From Octopus bimaculoides (taxonomy: Eukaryota): DNA of 61,052 nt. The translations under genes and the position numbers were made by a program. Below are positions 50,246-61,052 of the stretch, piece after piece. The number at the start of each line of letters is the position of its first letter. The stretch's first letter is position 1. The stretch spans positions 194,176,521-194,237,572 of the forward strand of contig NC_068981.1 of assembly GCF_001194135.2 (NCBI RefSeq), given 5' to 3'. Below the pieces are notes generated by a model that was given only the letters and a program-made list of their open reading frames with translations, made no database searches and was not told the DNA's origin.

Positions 50246-50519
50246 CTTCAAAACAATATATATTGGAGCAAGACAGGCGGCACTTTTAAAGGGGTGATGC
50301 TTTTAGGTCTGCTGTAGGCAGTATGGGTTTTTTGTTGGAGTCCGGGGGTGGCAAAAGGAAGGGCCGCCTTGAGTGGTACACACTCTAGCTACACTAGTGG
50401 AGCGATGTGAACATCATTCGAGCATTCACGAGAATGTCAGATGCATTTCAGCCTTCTTGGGCTTCATCAATGATGTGTACCAAGTCAGAGGGACAGATTT
50501 CTTCTAGGCTTGTAGAAGA

Positions 50520-50895
50520 GACAAGTCAATTACATTGACTCCAGTATTTGACTGGTACTTTATTTTGTCAACCTTGAAGGGATGAACGGCAAAGCTGACC
50601 TCAGTTGCATTTGAACTTGGAACTTAAAGAGCAGGAAGAAGTGCAACTATACATTTTTTCACCCTGTCCTCTCGATAGTAACCTTTTCTAATAAAGGGCA
50701 CAAGGTCTGAAATTTGAAGGGAGGGGTATAGTCAATTGCACCAGCCCCCAGTGCTCAACTGGTACTTATTTTATCAACCCCGAAATGATGAAAAGTTGAG
50801 TCGACCTCTGTGGAATTTGAACTCAGGACGTACAAATGGACGAAATGCCACCAAGCATTTTACTCGGCATGCTAACGATTCTGCCATCTTGCTAC
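50520..50895 (-). mobile_element. Two adjacent degenerate family B SINEs
   Basis: Two CTGGTACTTATTTT...GACCTC...TTTGAACT cores. Confidence 0.65.
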
Positions 50896-51043
50896 CTTAA
50901 TAATAATAATAATTATTATTATTATTATAATAATAACGACGACAATGATGATGATGATGATGATGACGATGACGATGATGACAATGACGACGATGATGAT
51001 GATGATGGTGATGATGACGGTGATGACGATGATGATGATAATT
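50896..51043. repeat. (AAT)/(GAT)/(GAC) microsatellite
   Basis: Direct reading. Confidence 0.9.
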
Positions 51044-51291
51044 GTCCTCGATAGACAAACCTTATCACTATTTCATACATAAACAACTTTAATTGCTGTA
51101 TAGATATACACACACATATATGTATGTACTTTATTACGAACGTACTCTGTTATGTGTGCGTGTATCTATGTATATGTATATATATGTGCATGTGTATGTA
51201 TGCTTCGAGATATATAACTGTATGTCTGTATGCATGTGTTTGTAATCTTGTTATCACTAGGAAAATATTCCCTGATAATATGACATCTGAA

Positions 51292-51353
<62 letters not shown>

Positions 51354-51514
51354 TTTATGTATCATTACATATGTGTATGTCTGCGTGTATATGAATGAAT
51401 GTATGTACGTATGTACGGGTGTCTACATATATCTGTATGTGTGTGCTTACATGTATAGCTGTGTGTGTGTGTGTGTGTGTCTGTGTATGCATGGATGTTT
51501 GTTTGAATAAATAT

Positions 51515-51905
51515 CTTTTATCCTTTATTTTTTGCTTGTTTCAGACTGCGGCCATGCTGGGGCATCGCCTCAAAGAAATTTTTGGGTGAATGAATTCACC
51601 TCATTGCTTATTATTTTTTAAAAGCCTAGTACTTATTCTATCGGTCCTTTTTGCTGAACCACAGGGTTACAGGGACGTAAACTCACCAACACTGGTAGTA
51701 GGGGACAAATACAGACAAAGACATGTAGACACACACACACACACACATGTACAATGAGCTTCTTTCCGTTTCTTTCTACCAAAATTCACTGACAAGGCTT
51801 TGGTCGACCCTAGGCTATAGTACAAGAGATTTTCCCAAGATGCCACTCAGTGGGACTGAGCCTGGATCCATGTAGTTTGGGAGCAAGCTCCTTATCACAT
51901 GGCCA
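51515..51905 (-). mobile_element. SINE family A
   Basis: Reverse copy. Confidence 0.75.
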
Positions 51906-52071
51906 TATCTATTCGTTTATCAGTAAAGACATGTTTTCATGTTTTATGCAGACACTGAGAAAGCAAGCAAAGAACTCTGGTTACTCTGCACCATAAAGGA
52001 ACAATATAGGACAGAAGGAACTGTTAGATAATCTGTGTTCCAAGTCGGGTTGCCATTTTAGGTGGATATGG

Positions 52072-52650
52072 GGATCTTTTTTAAAACGGGGGCCACATTT
52101 TTCATTAACGAAACACTTTGAAACTTGGAACACTGGTAGAATGTGTCATATAAAACATCTTTTTCTCTTAGTCTTCTTAAAAAAAAAAGAAATCCATAAG
52201 TTATTCCATGCTAAAGTTGTCGTATTTCTGTAATTTCAACCAATCACTGACGTCCATTCAGCCGATATACATTAAGTGCCGACTACATAAACAAACGATT
52301 CTGAAACAATTAACCCTAATCCTAACCCTAGGTTAGGGTTAGGGTTAGGGTTAGGGTTAAAGCAAATTTAAAATGAAAAAAGCAAATAAAACGAAGGTAT
52401 GGAGATTAAATACGCTTTACATCGCTTAATCAGCCAAAGGAGTAAATGTAAACAACTGAATACTTGTCAGTGATTGGTTGAAATTATCGAAATAAGACAA
52501 TTTTTTACATGAAATAAATTCGAATACAAAAATATTTTTCTGTTCTATAACACAAAATAGATAAGTATACGAAGTTTGAAAGTCTTTCCGTATCAAAAAC
52601 ACTACGTAAAACATTAATGAAAAATGTGGCCCCCATTTTAAAATAGATCC
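52072..52650. mobile_element. Merlin-like MITE family E, complete
   Basis: About 37-bp TIR GGATCT.TTTTAAAA.GGGGGCCACATTTTTCATTAA; exact 8-bp TSD GGATATGG; centre (CCCTAA)-like x3 then (TTAGGG)x4. Confidence 0.9.
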
Positions 52651-52820
52651 GGATATGGTTGTGGTGCCATCTAATGTGACTCTACTCAGAAGGCTGTAAT
52701 CTCATTTGACAGGAACACGGTATAAAGAAATACATGGAACAAGGTGATAACTCTAAATACCTTTAATGTGGCCATACAAGCTGAATGATAAATAATGATG
52801 GTTTGATGTGTGAAAGCCAT

Positions 52821-53378
52821 GGTCTTCTCCTGTGTGTCAGCTCTTGTCTGCTAGCTGGCTTGTGATATGAGAAAGAGACTAGATCATGTCTTTACAGTCT
52901 GACATCTTGGTGAAAAAAGAGGAAGAGATGAGTCTCTGAAGTTTAATGTTGCGTAATGCCCTCTATTGTCCAACAAATTAGGCAGCCGCCATCATGCATC
53001 GTTTTGTCTGTTTTATCGTCGGCCTAATTCGCTGCTGTAGCGCAGCCAGAGTGTGACAGTTCGTCCAAGCGATGCTTTTATGGAGTAACACTTTTGGGTC
53101 TACTTGTGACAAGTGTTCCCCCCACTGGCTCTGGACGAACTGTCACACTCTGGCTACGCTACTGCAGTGAATTAGGCTGACAATAAAACAGACACAACGA
53201 TGCATGATGGCGGCTGCCTAATTAGTTGGACAATAGAGGGCATTATGCAACATTAAGCTTCAGAGACTCATCTCTTCCTCTTTTCTCACCAAGATGTCAG
53301 ACCGTAAAGACATGATCTAGTCTCTCTCTCACATCATATGCCAGCTAGCAGATAAGAGCTGACACACAGGAGAAGACC
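52821..53378. repeat. Long inverted repeat, 247-bp arms with a 64-bp spacer
   Basis: 52821-53067 vs 53132-53378; about 16 mismatches and no gaps by eye. Confidence 0.9.
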
Positions 53379-53499
53379 TTCGAACATGAACTCTGCACTT
53401 CAACAACGAATGACTAGTATGGTTACTGTGTCCACTCTATCCAACGCGCTTGCTCTCCGAGTGGGGCATTTGTCAAATCTGCAAGCTGGACATTTGGGT

Positions 53500-53662
53500 C
53501 GTAGGCAGAAGCATTACTTTGCATGCTGGAACGTTATGGCCGACCATCGGATGTGGTCAGCATTTGTGAGGAACGTGGAGGAACATGGTGAAACGTGTTT
53601 CACCACGTTCCTCAGAGCTGGCTCAACCTACCCCGAATGAATGGCGCTGCAGCTACAAGTAA
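53500..53662 (+). mobile_element. Possible RTE LINE 3' end
   Basis: CWNVMADHRMWSAFVRNV...AGSTYPE* and tail GCAGCTACAAGTA resemble RTE ends (W..LA.DR..W...VRD...AGST.P.*). Confidence 0.45.
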
Positions 53663-54324
53663 AAACAACATCACTGAAAGTGGAGCAAGTCAAGTTTCTT
53701 ATAATATAATCAACAAAAGACATTCGATAAGAAGTTTCGTTTGAGAGAGAAATACCAATAGCGAATAGTTTAGAAATACCAAGCTTTCAGTTACCTTTGT
53801 AAAGCAATCATGCATAAAACCATTTTTCTTTTTAAAGCTTAGAAAAGACAAACCGACTCACAAAGTACGTGAAAAGTGCATGTCATCGGCAGCAGCCATA
53901 ATAAAGAGGTTAAATTATTGACGGAGCATAAAAAGCAATAAATAGAGCAGAACAGAAAATATAAAAAAAAGGAGGGAGTTATAAAAAAAATTTCAAGAGA
54001 TTTGGCTGTTATTTCTAGCATGTGGAGATACCTTTTAGGCTTACCTTCATGCGCTGGTTGAAAATAAATTTTTTTTTAATTCTGGGGTCGTTATATTCGA
54101 CTAAAAATTCTTCAAGGTGGTGCCCCAGCATGGCCGCAGCTAATGACTGAAACAAGTAAAAGATGAAAAAAAACGAAAAAATAATCGAAAAATATAACCG
54201 TGGGCTTTTGTCCACTTTCACCGAGGGCCTTTTGTCCGTGGGGATTTTGTCCTAGAGGGCTTTTGTGCTAGGGGCTTTTGTCCTACACTCGTGTATATGT
54301 ATATGGATATTTTTCCCTGCTGTA

Positions 54325-54408
54325 GAATCGAACTCAGAATCTTGGGATTAGTGGCCCGCGCTCTTAACCACTACGCCATATGCCCGTGGGCATAAGGCAT
54401 AGTGGTTA
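54325..54408 (-). mobile_element. Solo tRNA-like head of the Penelope terminal repeat with fold-back hairpin
   Basis: GAATCGAACTCAGAATCTTGGGATTAGTGGCCCGCGCTCTTAACCACTACGCCATATGCCCGTGGGCATAAGGCATAGTGGTTA. Confidence 0.7.
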
Positions 54409-55649
54409 CCACAGATTTCCTTGGATTCTGTATTTTACTAAACATACACACAACTCATTTATGAGCCTACAACAGTCGTATCCCATGTCATCAGTCTTTT
54501 CGCTATCACTTTGAACTTCGCTCGGTGGTATTCACAAGTGATTGATGTTTAGAAAAATTAGTTATGATATCAACAGGACAGTTTTATTGAATCGATTCTC
54601 ATAGTTGTGTCTTCAACAACTTCACAGTTGTATGAATATTATTAACACAGTTTGGTGGTGACATCATTAAAATGCAATGAATCGATTTTTGAATTTGGTG
54701 CCATTTGTTAACTCGTCGCTAACATTGTATAAACACACACACACATATTTATATATCTATTTGTACACACACACACACGCATAATATATTTATTTATTTA
54801 TACACACACACATATACATTTATTTCTAAACTCATATTTACACACACGTCACACTTATAACTCGAATAATAACATTAACAATGCTCTAGTTTTTTCTTTA
54901 ATTCGCTGTTCGATTTTTTTATACAGATAATATTTGTAAAAATCTTCTGAGATAATTTGCCTTAGAAATGGAAAAACTGCCCGATTCATTAACTGTAGTT
55001 ATGAAATCGTATTAATGGGATGAAAACGATTTCAACAGGTACCTACATTCGGAGTGATCCAATATTTAAAGAAAGCACTGAATGGAAATAATTATTCTCC
55101 CAGTAACATTTGGCAACAAGGCAATGTTTAACGAACCGTTCAATAAACAATTCCCGAAGGACTCATGATTTTCTGCTTCCGATAGAACCAGGCAGATTAA
55201 ATTTAAAAAGACCTGTCGCGGGTTATAACTTGTTAATGTTGTCTGGTGTGAGGGAATAAATTTGTTGAGTTGCAAAATGAAAATGTATTTCCCCGGACCG
55301 CATGAAGAAGTAACTGACAACACCTCTCCGAGAAGCTGCTTTTTATAGGACACAAGGAGAAGATTCTAGAAAATTGAATCATGCAACGGCTTCACGCTGA
55401 TTATCTGCTTAATGGACTGACCTCATGAAACAATTGCAGCTTGCTTGTGATGTCTGACCAGTTACCTTGCAGTTCGGTTTCGAATCACTGTTACAGACGT
55501 TTCTTTGTTCCAAGAGTGTCAGAATCATAAACAATTAATGGCTTTAGTTTAAAGTCTCCATTTGGCATTTCTTCCTAACAACAATGTGTGGCGATCTTTG
55601 AATTTTATTACAACCTGATGCTTTGCTTTCCTCTTTTGAAATTAAAAAT

Positions 55650-55840
55650 GGTAAATTTTCAGATTAATACCCTCACGATTTTCACTAGGGAGTGAGGGTT
55701 TTAGGGTTATTTTTAAGGGTTAGGGTAAGGATTACGATTAGGGTTTTAGGGAATTCCGTCCGTAACCCTAACCCTGACCCTAAAACTGTAACCCTAACAC
55801 CCTAGTGAAAATCGTGCGGGTGTTAATCTGAAAATTTACC
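55650..55840. mobile_element. Small near-palindromic GG-ended MITE with a TTAGGG/CCCTAA core
   Basis: About 41-bp TIR GGTAAATTTTCAGATTAA.ACCC.CACGATTTTCACTAGGG; flanks TTAAAAAT / GTAAACAT (6/8). Confidence 0.75.
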
Positions 55841-55904
55841 GTAAACATTTTACAAGTTAACTGCTTCTCAAATGGTTCACATTTGTTTACATTAAAATAT
55901 AGCT

Positions 55905-56520
55905 TTTGCAATCAAGCCTTTTTCCTATCACACTCTTCGATTATATTGAACATTTTCATGCATCCTTGATGTCGATTCTTCATTATTCCTCTGATATCCG
56001 TAATGCTACGGAAATCAGGTGGTTTCTCAAACTTTTCAAACCATTCATGAGAACCACCAAGCTTTTTAAGTGACGGGCAACGCTGTGACGTATCACCAAT
56101 CCAGACACTTGACATTAACTCCCAATTTTATCAATCTGTTTTGCTGAACTGCTAGGTTACAGGAGCATAAATGCACCAATACCAGTTGTGAAGCGGTGGT
56201 GGTGATGGTGGACAATCACAGACACAAAGACACATATATATACATATATACACGACGGACTTCTTTCAGTTTCCGTCTACCAAATTCACTCACAAGGCTT
56301 TGGTCGGCCCAAGGCTATAGTAGAAGATACTGGCCCAAGGTGCCACGCAGTGGGACTGAACCCAATACCATGTGGTTGGTAGTTTAGAAGTGTCATGTGC
56401 TTTTTGCACGGAAACTTTTGCTTTTTCCAATTCGCTCATTATACTTTTCATAGTTGACAAAGCATGACTTCATTATTCCTCCTCCTCCTTTCATCAGCTT
56501 TAGATTATTATCAAACGATA
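55905..56520 (-). mobile_element. Possible Tigger/pogo transposase N-terminal relic, split by a SINE A (about 56130-56385)
   Basis: GSHEWFEKFEK resembles the CENP-B-type ASxGWFxKFKKR motif; weak upstream HTH-like similarity. Confidence 0.35.
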
Positions 56521-56633
56521 TTGGGTTACACGTAATATAATACGGTGGAACAACAACAGTCGTGAATAATTATTTTATTAATTACTGTACTTTAAGAATA
56601 ATTATTGCAAGCTAAGAAATTAAAAACACAATT

Positions 56634-57086
56634 GGTATTATTTACATTCAACGGATATTTGTCCTCATCTTGTTTGTTGTTAACACGTTTCGGCTGATAT
56701 ACCATTTTAGTAGAAAGTGGGTTATACATCTTTAGATTGTATACCTGACTTTCTACTATAAAATTGAAGAAATAGACGGAACGCTGAACTCCAGACTAAA
56801 CAACTTAAACAACATTTATTTACTTGGTAAAACATACATATATTTAGTTATACATCTTTAGAGGTGAGAATAACGAGCTGCCGAGTATAAGACCGAAAGA
56901 TGTAGAGACAGCTTTAAACACACGTCCATGCTCAATCGCTGGCCAGCGTGAAAGAGAATGAATTTAGCGGGAAACGCTTGCTTTATTAATTCTACGCATG
57001 CGCAGGCGTTACTACACCCTCCAGCCTTCTTTAGGTGTCTTGGGGAAATTTTGAATCTGGGTTCTCATTCCTGAGGTATTTTTCGA

Positions 57087-57165
<79 letters not shown>

Positions 57166-57990
57166 GTTCAGATCACTGCTTGGAATCGAACTCGGAATCT
57201 TGGGATTAGTAGCCCGTGCTCTTAACCACTACGTCATATGCCCGTGGGCATAAGGCATAGCGGTTACACACCACGAAGAAATGATCAAGCTCAATAACGA
57301 TCTGTTAAGCAACAACTACCCCAAAAGTATTCCATCCATTCCAATTACGAAGAAGAGAGAGGACAAAACCAATAAACTGTCCACAGTCTGTCTACCCTAT
57401 GTGAAAGGCCTCTCTGAAAAGATACAAAAGATATGCGGCCCATATGACATCAAGACAGTATTCAAGAGTAATACAACACTTTGCAAATAACTCCTTCGGG
57501 TAAAACCACCAACAGAAGAGAATATGACCAAAAACTGCGTGTACTCCATCCCATGCAGCTGTGGTAGGTTATACAAAGGCGAAACATGTCGCCCCCTCAA
57601 AATAAGGGTAGAAGAACATCGCAAAGCTGTGACACGAGGAGATATCGATAAATCGGGTATAGCTGATCATGTATGGAAAAATGGAAACCACCTCCCCCTG
57701 TGGGATGAAGTTAAAATAATAGACAGGGAACACCACTGGAAAATACGAAAACTAAAAGAAGCAGCACATATGCTAGGACACAACAACCTCCTAAGCAGAC
57801 CGAGTGCAAATATGAGTAGCATATGGGAACTGGTGTTAAGGAAGGACAGGAAAATATTAGATTTATAAGCCCTAAAATTCATTCCATAATTGCCCATGGG
57901 CATATGGCATAGTGGTTAAGAGTGCAGGCTACTAACCCCAAAATTCCGAGTTCGATTCCAAGCAATGAACTTAATAATAATAATAATAAT
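56634..57990 (+). mobile_element. 5'-truncated Penelope-like element: inverted terminal repeat, ORF 3' part, terminal repeat
   Basis: Minus-strand repeat 56634-57266 (split by an insertion), GIY-YIG ORF fragment, then a plus-strand repeat head 57890-57990 cut off by a SINE A. Confidence 0.85.
57269..57868 (+). pseudogene. Penelope RT-thumb/linker plus GIY-YIG endonuclease fragment (one in-frame stop at 57488-57490)
   Basis: SNNYP...VCLPYVKGLSEKIQKI...VFKS; NCVYSIPCSCGRLYKGETCRPLKIRVEEH...SGIADH.W..H...W..VKIIDRE..W..RKLKEA; ORFs 57281 and 57524 are in the same frame. Confidence 0.9.
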
Positions 57991-58300
57991 ACCTTAGTCA
58001 AATGAATCAACCCCAGGTCTTATTCTTTGTAAGCCTAGTACTTATCCTATTGTCTCTTTTGCTGAACCGCTAAGTTACGGGGACGTAAACACACAAACAC
58101 ATACATACATACATATATATATATACATATATATACGACGGGCGTTTTTCAGTTTCCATCTACCAAGTTCACTCACAAGGTTTTGGTTGACCTGAGGCTA
58201 TAGTAGAAGACACTTGCCCAAAGTACCACACAGTGGGACTGAACCTGGAACCATGTGGTTGGTAAGCAAGCTACTTACCACACAGCCACTCCTGCGCCTA
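57990..58300 (-). mobile_element. SINE family A
   Basis: Reverse copy truncating the Penelope 3' repeat. Confidence 0.8.
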
Positions 58301-58664
58301 TGATTGCAGTATGATGAAACAAAAACCAGAAACTGGAACCCAAAAGTAAACCAAATGCGACTGACACATGCATTTATTTATTTATCTTTTACTTGCTTCA
58401 GTCATTTGGCTGCGGCCATGCTGGGGCACCACCTTGAAGAATCTTTTAGTTGAATGGAAGACCCCAGAACTTTTTTTAAAGCCTTCTATTTTATTGGTCT
58501 CTTTTTGCTGAACCATTAAGTTACAGGCATGTAAACAAACCAACATTGGTTGTCAAGTAGTGGGGGACAAATACAAACCCACACAGCAGGCTTCTTGCCC
58601 TAGGTGCTACACAGTGGGACTGAACCCGGAGCTATGTGGTTGTGGCTGGAAAGCAAACTTCTTA

Positions 58665-58898
58665 TTTCTTTATTGCCCACAAGGGGCTAAACATAGAAGG
58701 GACAAACAAGGATAGACAAAGGGATTAAGTCGATTAGATCGACTCCAATGCATAACTGGTACTTAATTTATCGACACCTGAAAGGATGCAAGGCAAAGTT
58801 GTCCTCAGCGGAATTTGAACTCAGAACGCAAAGACAGACGAAATACTGCTAAGCATTTCACCCGGCGTGCTAACGATTCTGCCAGCTCCCCCGCCTTC
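58665..58898 (-). mobile_element. SINE family B nested in a SINE A head
   Basis: CTTCTTA on both sides; the flanks rejoin into an A head (58385-58925). Confidence 0.75.
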
Positions 58899-59174
58899 TT
58901 ACCACACAGCCTCACTTGTACCTATTTATTTATTGTGCACACTAACGAGCTGATACCATATTAGGAGGTTCAAATTTAGGGGGATAATTCTGTAGACGAG
59001 CATGCAATGGGAACATTGCAGAGTTTTTCCTCTGTAAATCTTGGGTTATTCAATGTTTGCATTATCAGGCCTTCATTATAACAAGGTTTTAGTCATAAAT
59101 GAAGCACAGAACACTTTTATACTTAACTATATAAATGTGTACACACTTACACATGCATTATGATTCAAATTAGC

Positions 59175-59650
59175 CGTAAGTTTGCTTCCCAACTACATGG
59201 TTCTAGGTTCAGTCCCACCCTGGGCAAGTGTCTTCTTACTATAGCCTCGGTCTGACCAAAGCCTTATGAGTGGATTTGGTAGATGGAAACTGAAAGAAGC
59301 CCGTAGTATATATCTGTCTCTTTTGAATATGAAAATTTAAAAGTTAAAAACCTTATATATATATATATATNNNNNNNNNNNNNNNNNNNNNNNNNNNNNN
59401 NNNNNNNNNNNNNNTATATCTATGTATGTATTTGTGTGTCTGTGCTTATCCCCCCCCCCACCATCGCTTGACAACTGATGTTGGTGTGCTTATGTACCCC
59501 GTAACTTAGTGGTTTGACAAAAGAGACCAACAGAATAAGTATTAGGCTTACAAAGAATAAGCCCTGGGCTCAATTTGTTTGACTGAAGGCAGTGCTCCAG
59601 CATGACCACAGTCAAATGACTGAAACAAGTAACAGAAAAAAAAGAGTAAA
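59175..59650 (+). mobile_element. SINE family A spanning a gap
   Basis: Head, microsatellite/gap, tail. Confidence 0.75.
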
Positions 59651-59671
59651 AGAAAGAATACACACACACAC

Positions 59672-59950
59672 ATCGGCTGACTGGTCCCGGGCCAGTGGCA
59701 TGTAAAAAGCACCATTCAGGCGTGGTCGATGCTGGTACCGCCTGACTGGCTCCTGTTCTGGTGGCACGTAAAAAGCACCCACTACAGTACACTCACGGAG
59801 AGGTTAGCATTAGGAAGGGCATCCAGCCGTAGAAACCTTGCCAGATTGGATTGGACCCCTGTGCGGCCTTCTGGCTTGCCAGTTTTCAGTCAAACTGTCC
59901 AATCCATGCTAGCATGGAAAGCGGACGTTAAACAACAATAATGATGATGT
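59672..59950 (+). mobile_element. SINE family C
   Basis: Family C motifs and (GAT)n tail. Confidence 0.75.
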
Positions 59951-60804
59951 TGATATATATATGGAAAAAGAGATGGATGGATGGATAGATAGATAGACAC
60001 ATACACACACACACACACTTGTTGCACAGATAATTGTGTCAGTATATAACTATTCATTTACATCATTATACAGAAACACTAATTATATAAATATTAATTT
60101 AACACACACCAGCACTAATATATACCTAAACGAATATACAAGATAGCAGAAAAGCTAATCACATGTTAATGCATGCCCCATGCTGTTATCTGAGTGTGTC
60201 TGTGTGTGTATGTGAGAGAAAGAGAGACAGACACAGATGAGAGAGACAGACAGACAGAAAGGGAGGGAGGGAGACAGGGAGATAGGCAGGCTGGCAGTCA
60301 AACAGCCAGAAGAACAACCAAGAGGGAGTTGCTCAGGTTGGGTTGCTAATGCACAGAACACAATTCACATGCAGTTTAGGGGTTTAAATATCGTAAGTAA
60401 ATTGACTGTAAATGACAACAGTGACATCCCATAATTTTGTAAAAGGAACATGGAAAAGAAATGGTGAAATCCCTTAATTTTATCACCAGAACTCCGCCAT
60501 TACGCCACGTCCACAGGTACTTGCTTGTATAGTGCCTCCTAAGTGATATCTTAAGTATTTCAGAAATAGTACCTGAGGTACACCATTCCAGTATAGAGTA
60601 CCCAGCAATCAACAATAGCTCTGAGAAAGCAATTTGATGTCCTGTGTGGTAATGCATGATGGCCACCACAGTTAAATGGAATCAATGCAATAATCTTGCA
60701 TGACTATTGAGTCACTATACCAGTGGATCCCAACCTTTTCACTACCAAGGATCCCTTTTATTTAAATGAGTTTTCCCACAGTCCCCTTTTAATATGCTTA
60801 TCCT

Positions 60805-61017
60805 TATGTGTCACGTGGTTGATGCCAGTGCCCCCTGACTGGCTCCTATGCCAGTGGCACATAAAAAGCACCCAATACACTCTCAGAGTGGTTGGCATTA
60901 GGAAGGGCATCTAGCTGTAGAAACATTACCAGATTGGAGCCTGGTGCAGCCACTGGCTCTCCAGACCTCAGTCAAACCATCGAACCCATGTCAGCATAGA
61001 AAACGGACGTTAAACGA

Positions 61018-61021
<4 letters not shown>
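60805..61021 (+). mobile_element. SINE family C
   Basis: Family C motifs. Confidence 0.8.

Positions 61022-61052
<31 letters not shown>

Noticed and set aside
50836-51113. Poly-Asp, poly-Ser, poly-His, poly-Leu and poly-Thr ORFs here and at 20123, 33210-33427, 40208, 40755 and 57035
   Set aside because: These are translations of trinucleotide microsatellites.
55066-55353. 95-aa minus-strand ORF in apparently unique sequence
   Set aside because: No domain similarity that I recognise; cannot exclude an exon without RNA data.
57890-57965. tRNA-like sequences here and in SINE heads (e.g. 6404, 27395-27470)
   Set aside because: A/B boxes are present but there is no complete acceptor stem, and all are embedded in repeats; not called as tRNA genes.

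Overview
This is AT-rich, microsatellite-saturated animal DNA from a gapped draft assembly (about 10 kb of N). The repeat families match what I recall from octopus genomes; that taxon call is an inference and was not searched. I find no host protein-coding gene. All long ORFs are artefacts of N runs or simple repeats, and every recognisable peptide is a transposon relic: mariner/maT, a possible Tigger, CR1, RTE, a HERO-like REL LINE and two Penelope lineages. The window is a nested mosaic of modular tRNA-derived SINEs, hAT, Mutator-like and Merlin-like MITEs, and fold-back inverted repeats. The most interesting system is a Penelope-like retroelement (56634-57990). Its terminal repeat combines a tRNA-like Pol III head, an (AAT)n tract and a minimal hammerhead-ribozyme motif. 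That repeat also occurs without the ORF as head-to-head fold-back copies (18754-19186; partial copies at 49868 and 54325). Also notable are GG-ended MITEs with 8-bp TSDs that carry inverted telomere-like TTAGGG arrays, and a 247-bp-arm inverted repeat (52821-53378). All coordinates and alignments were read by eye.
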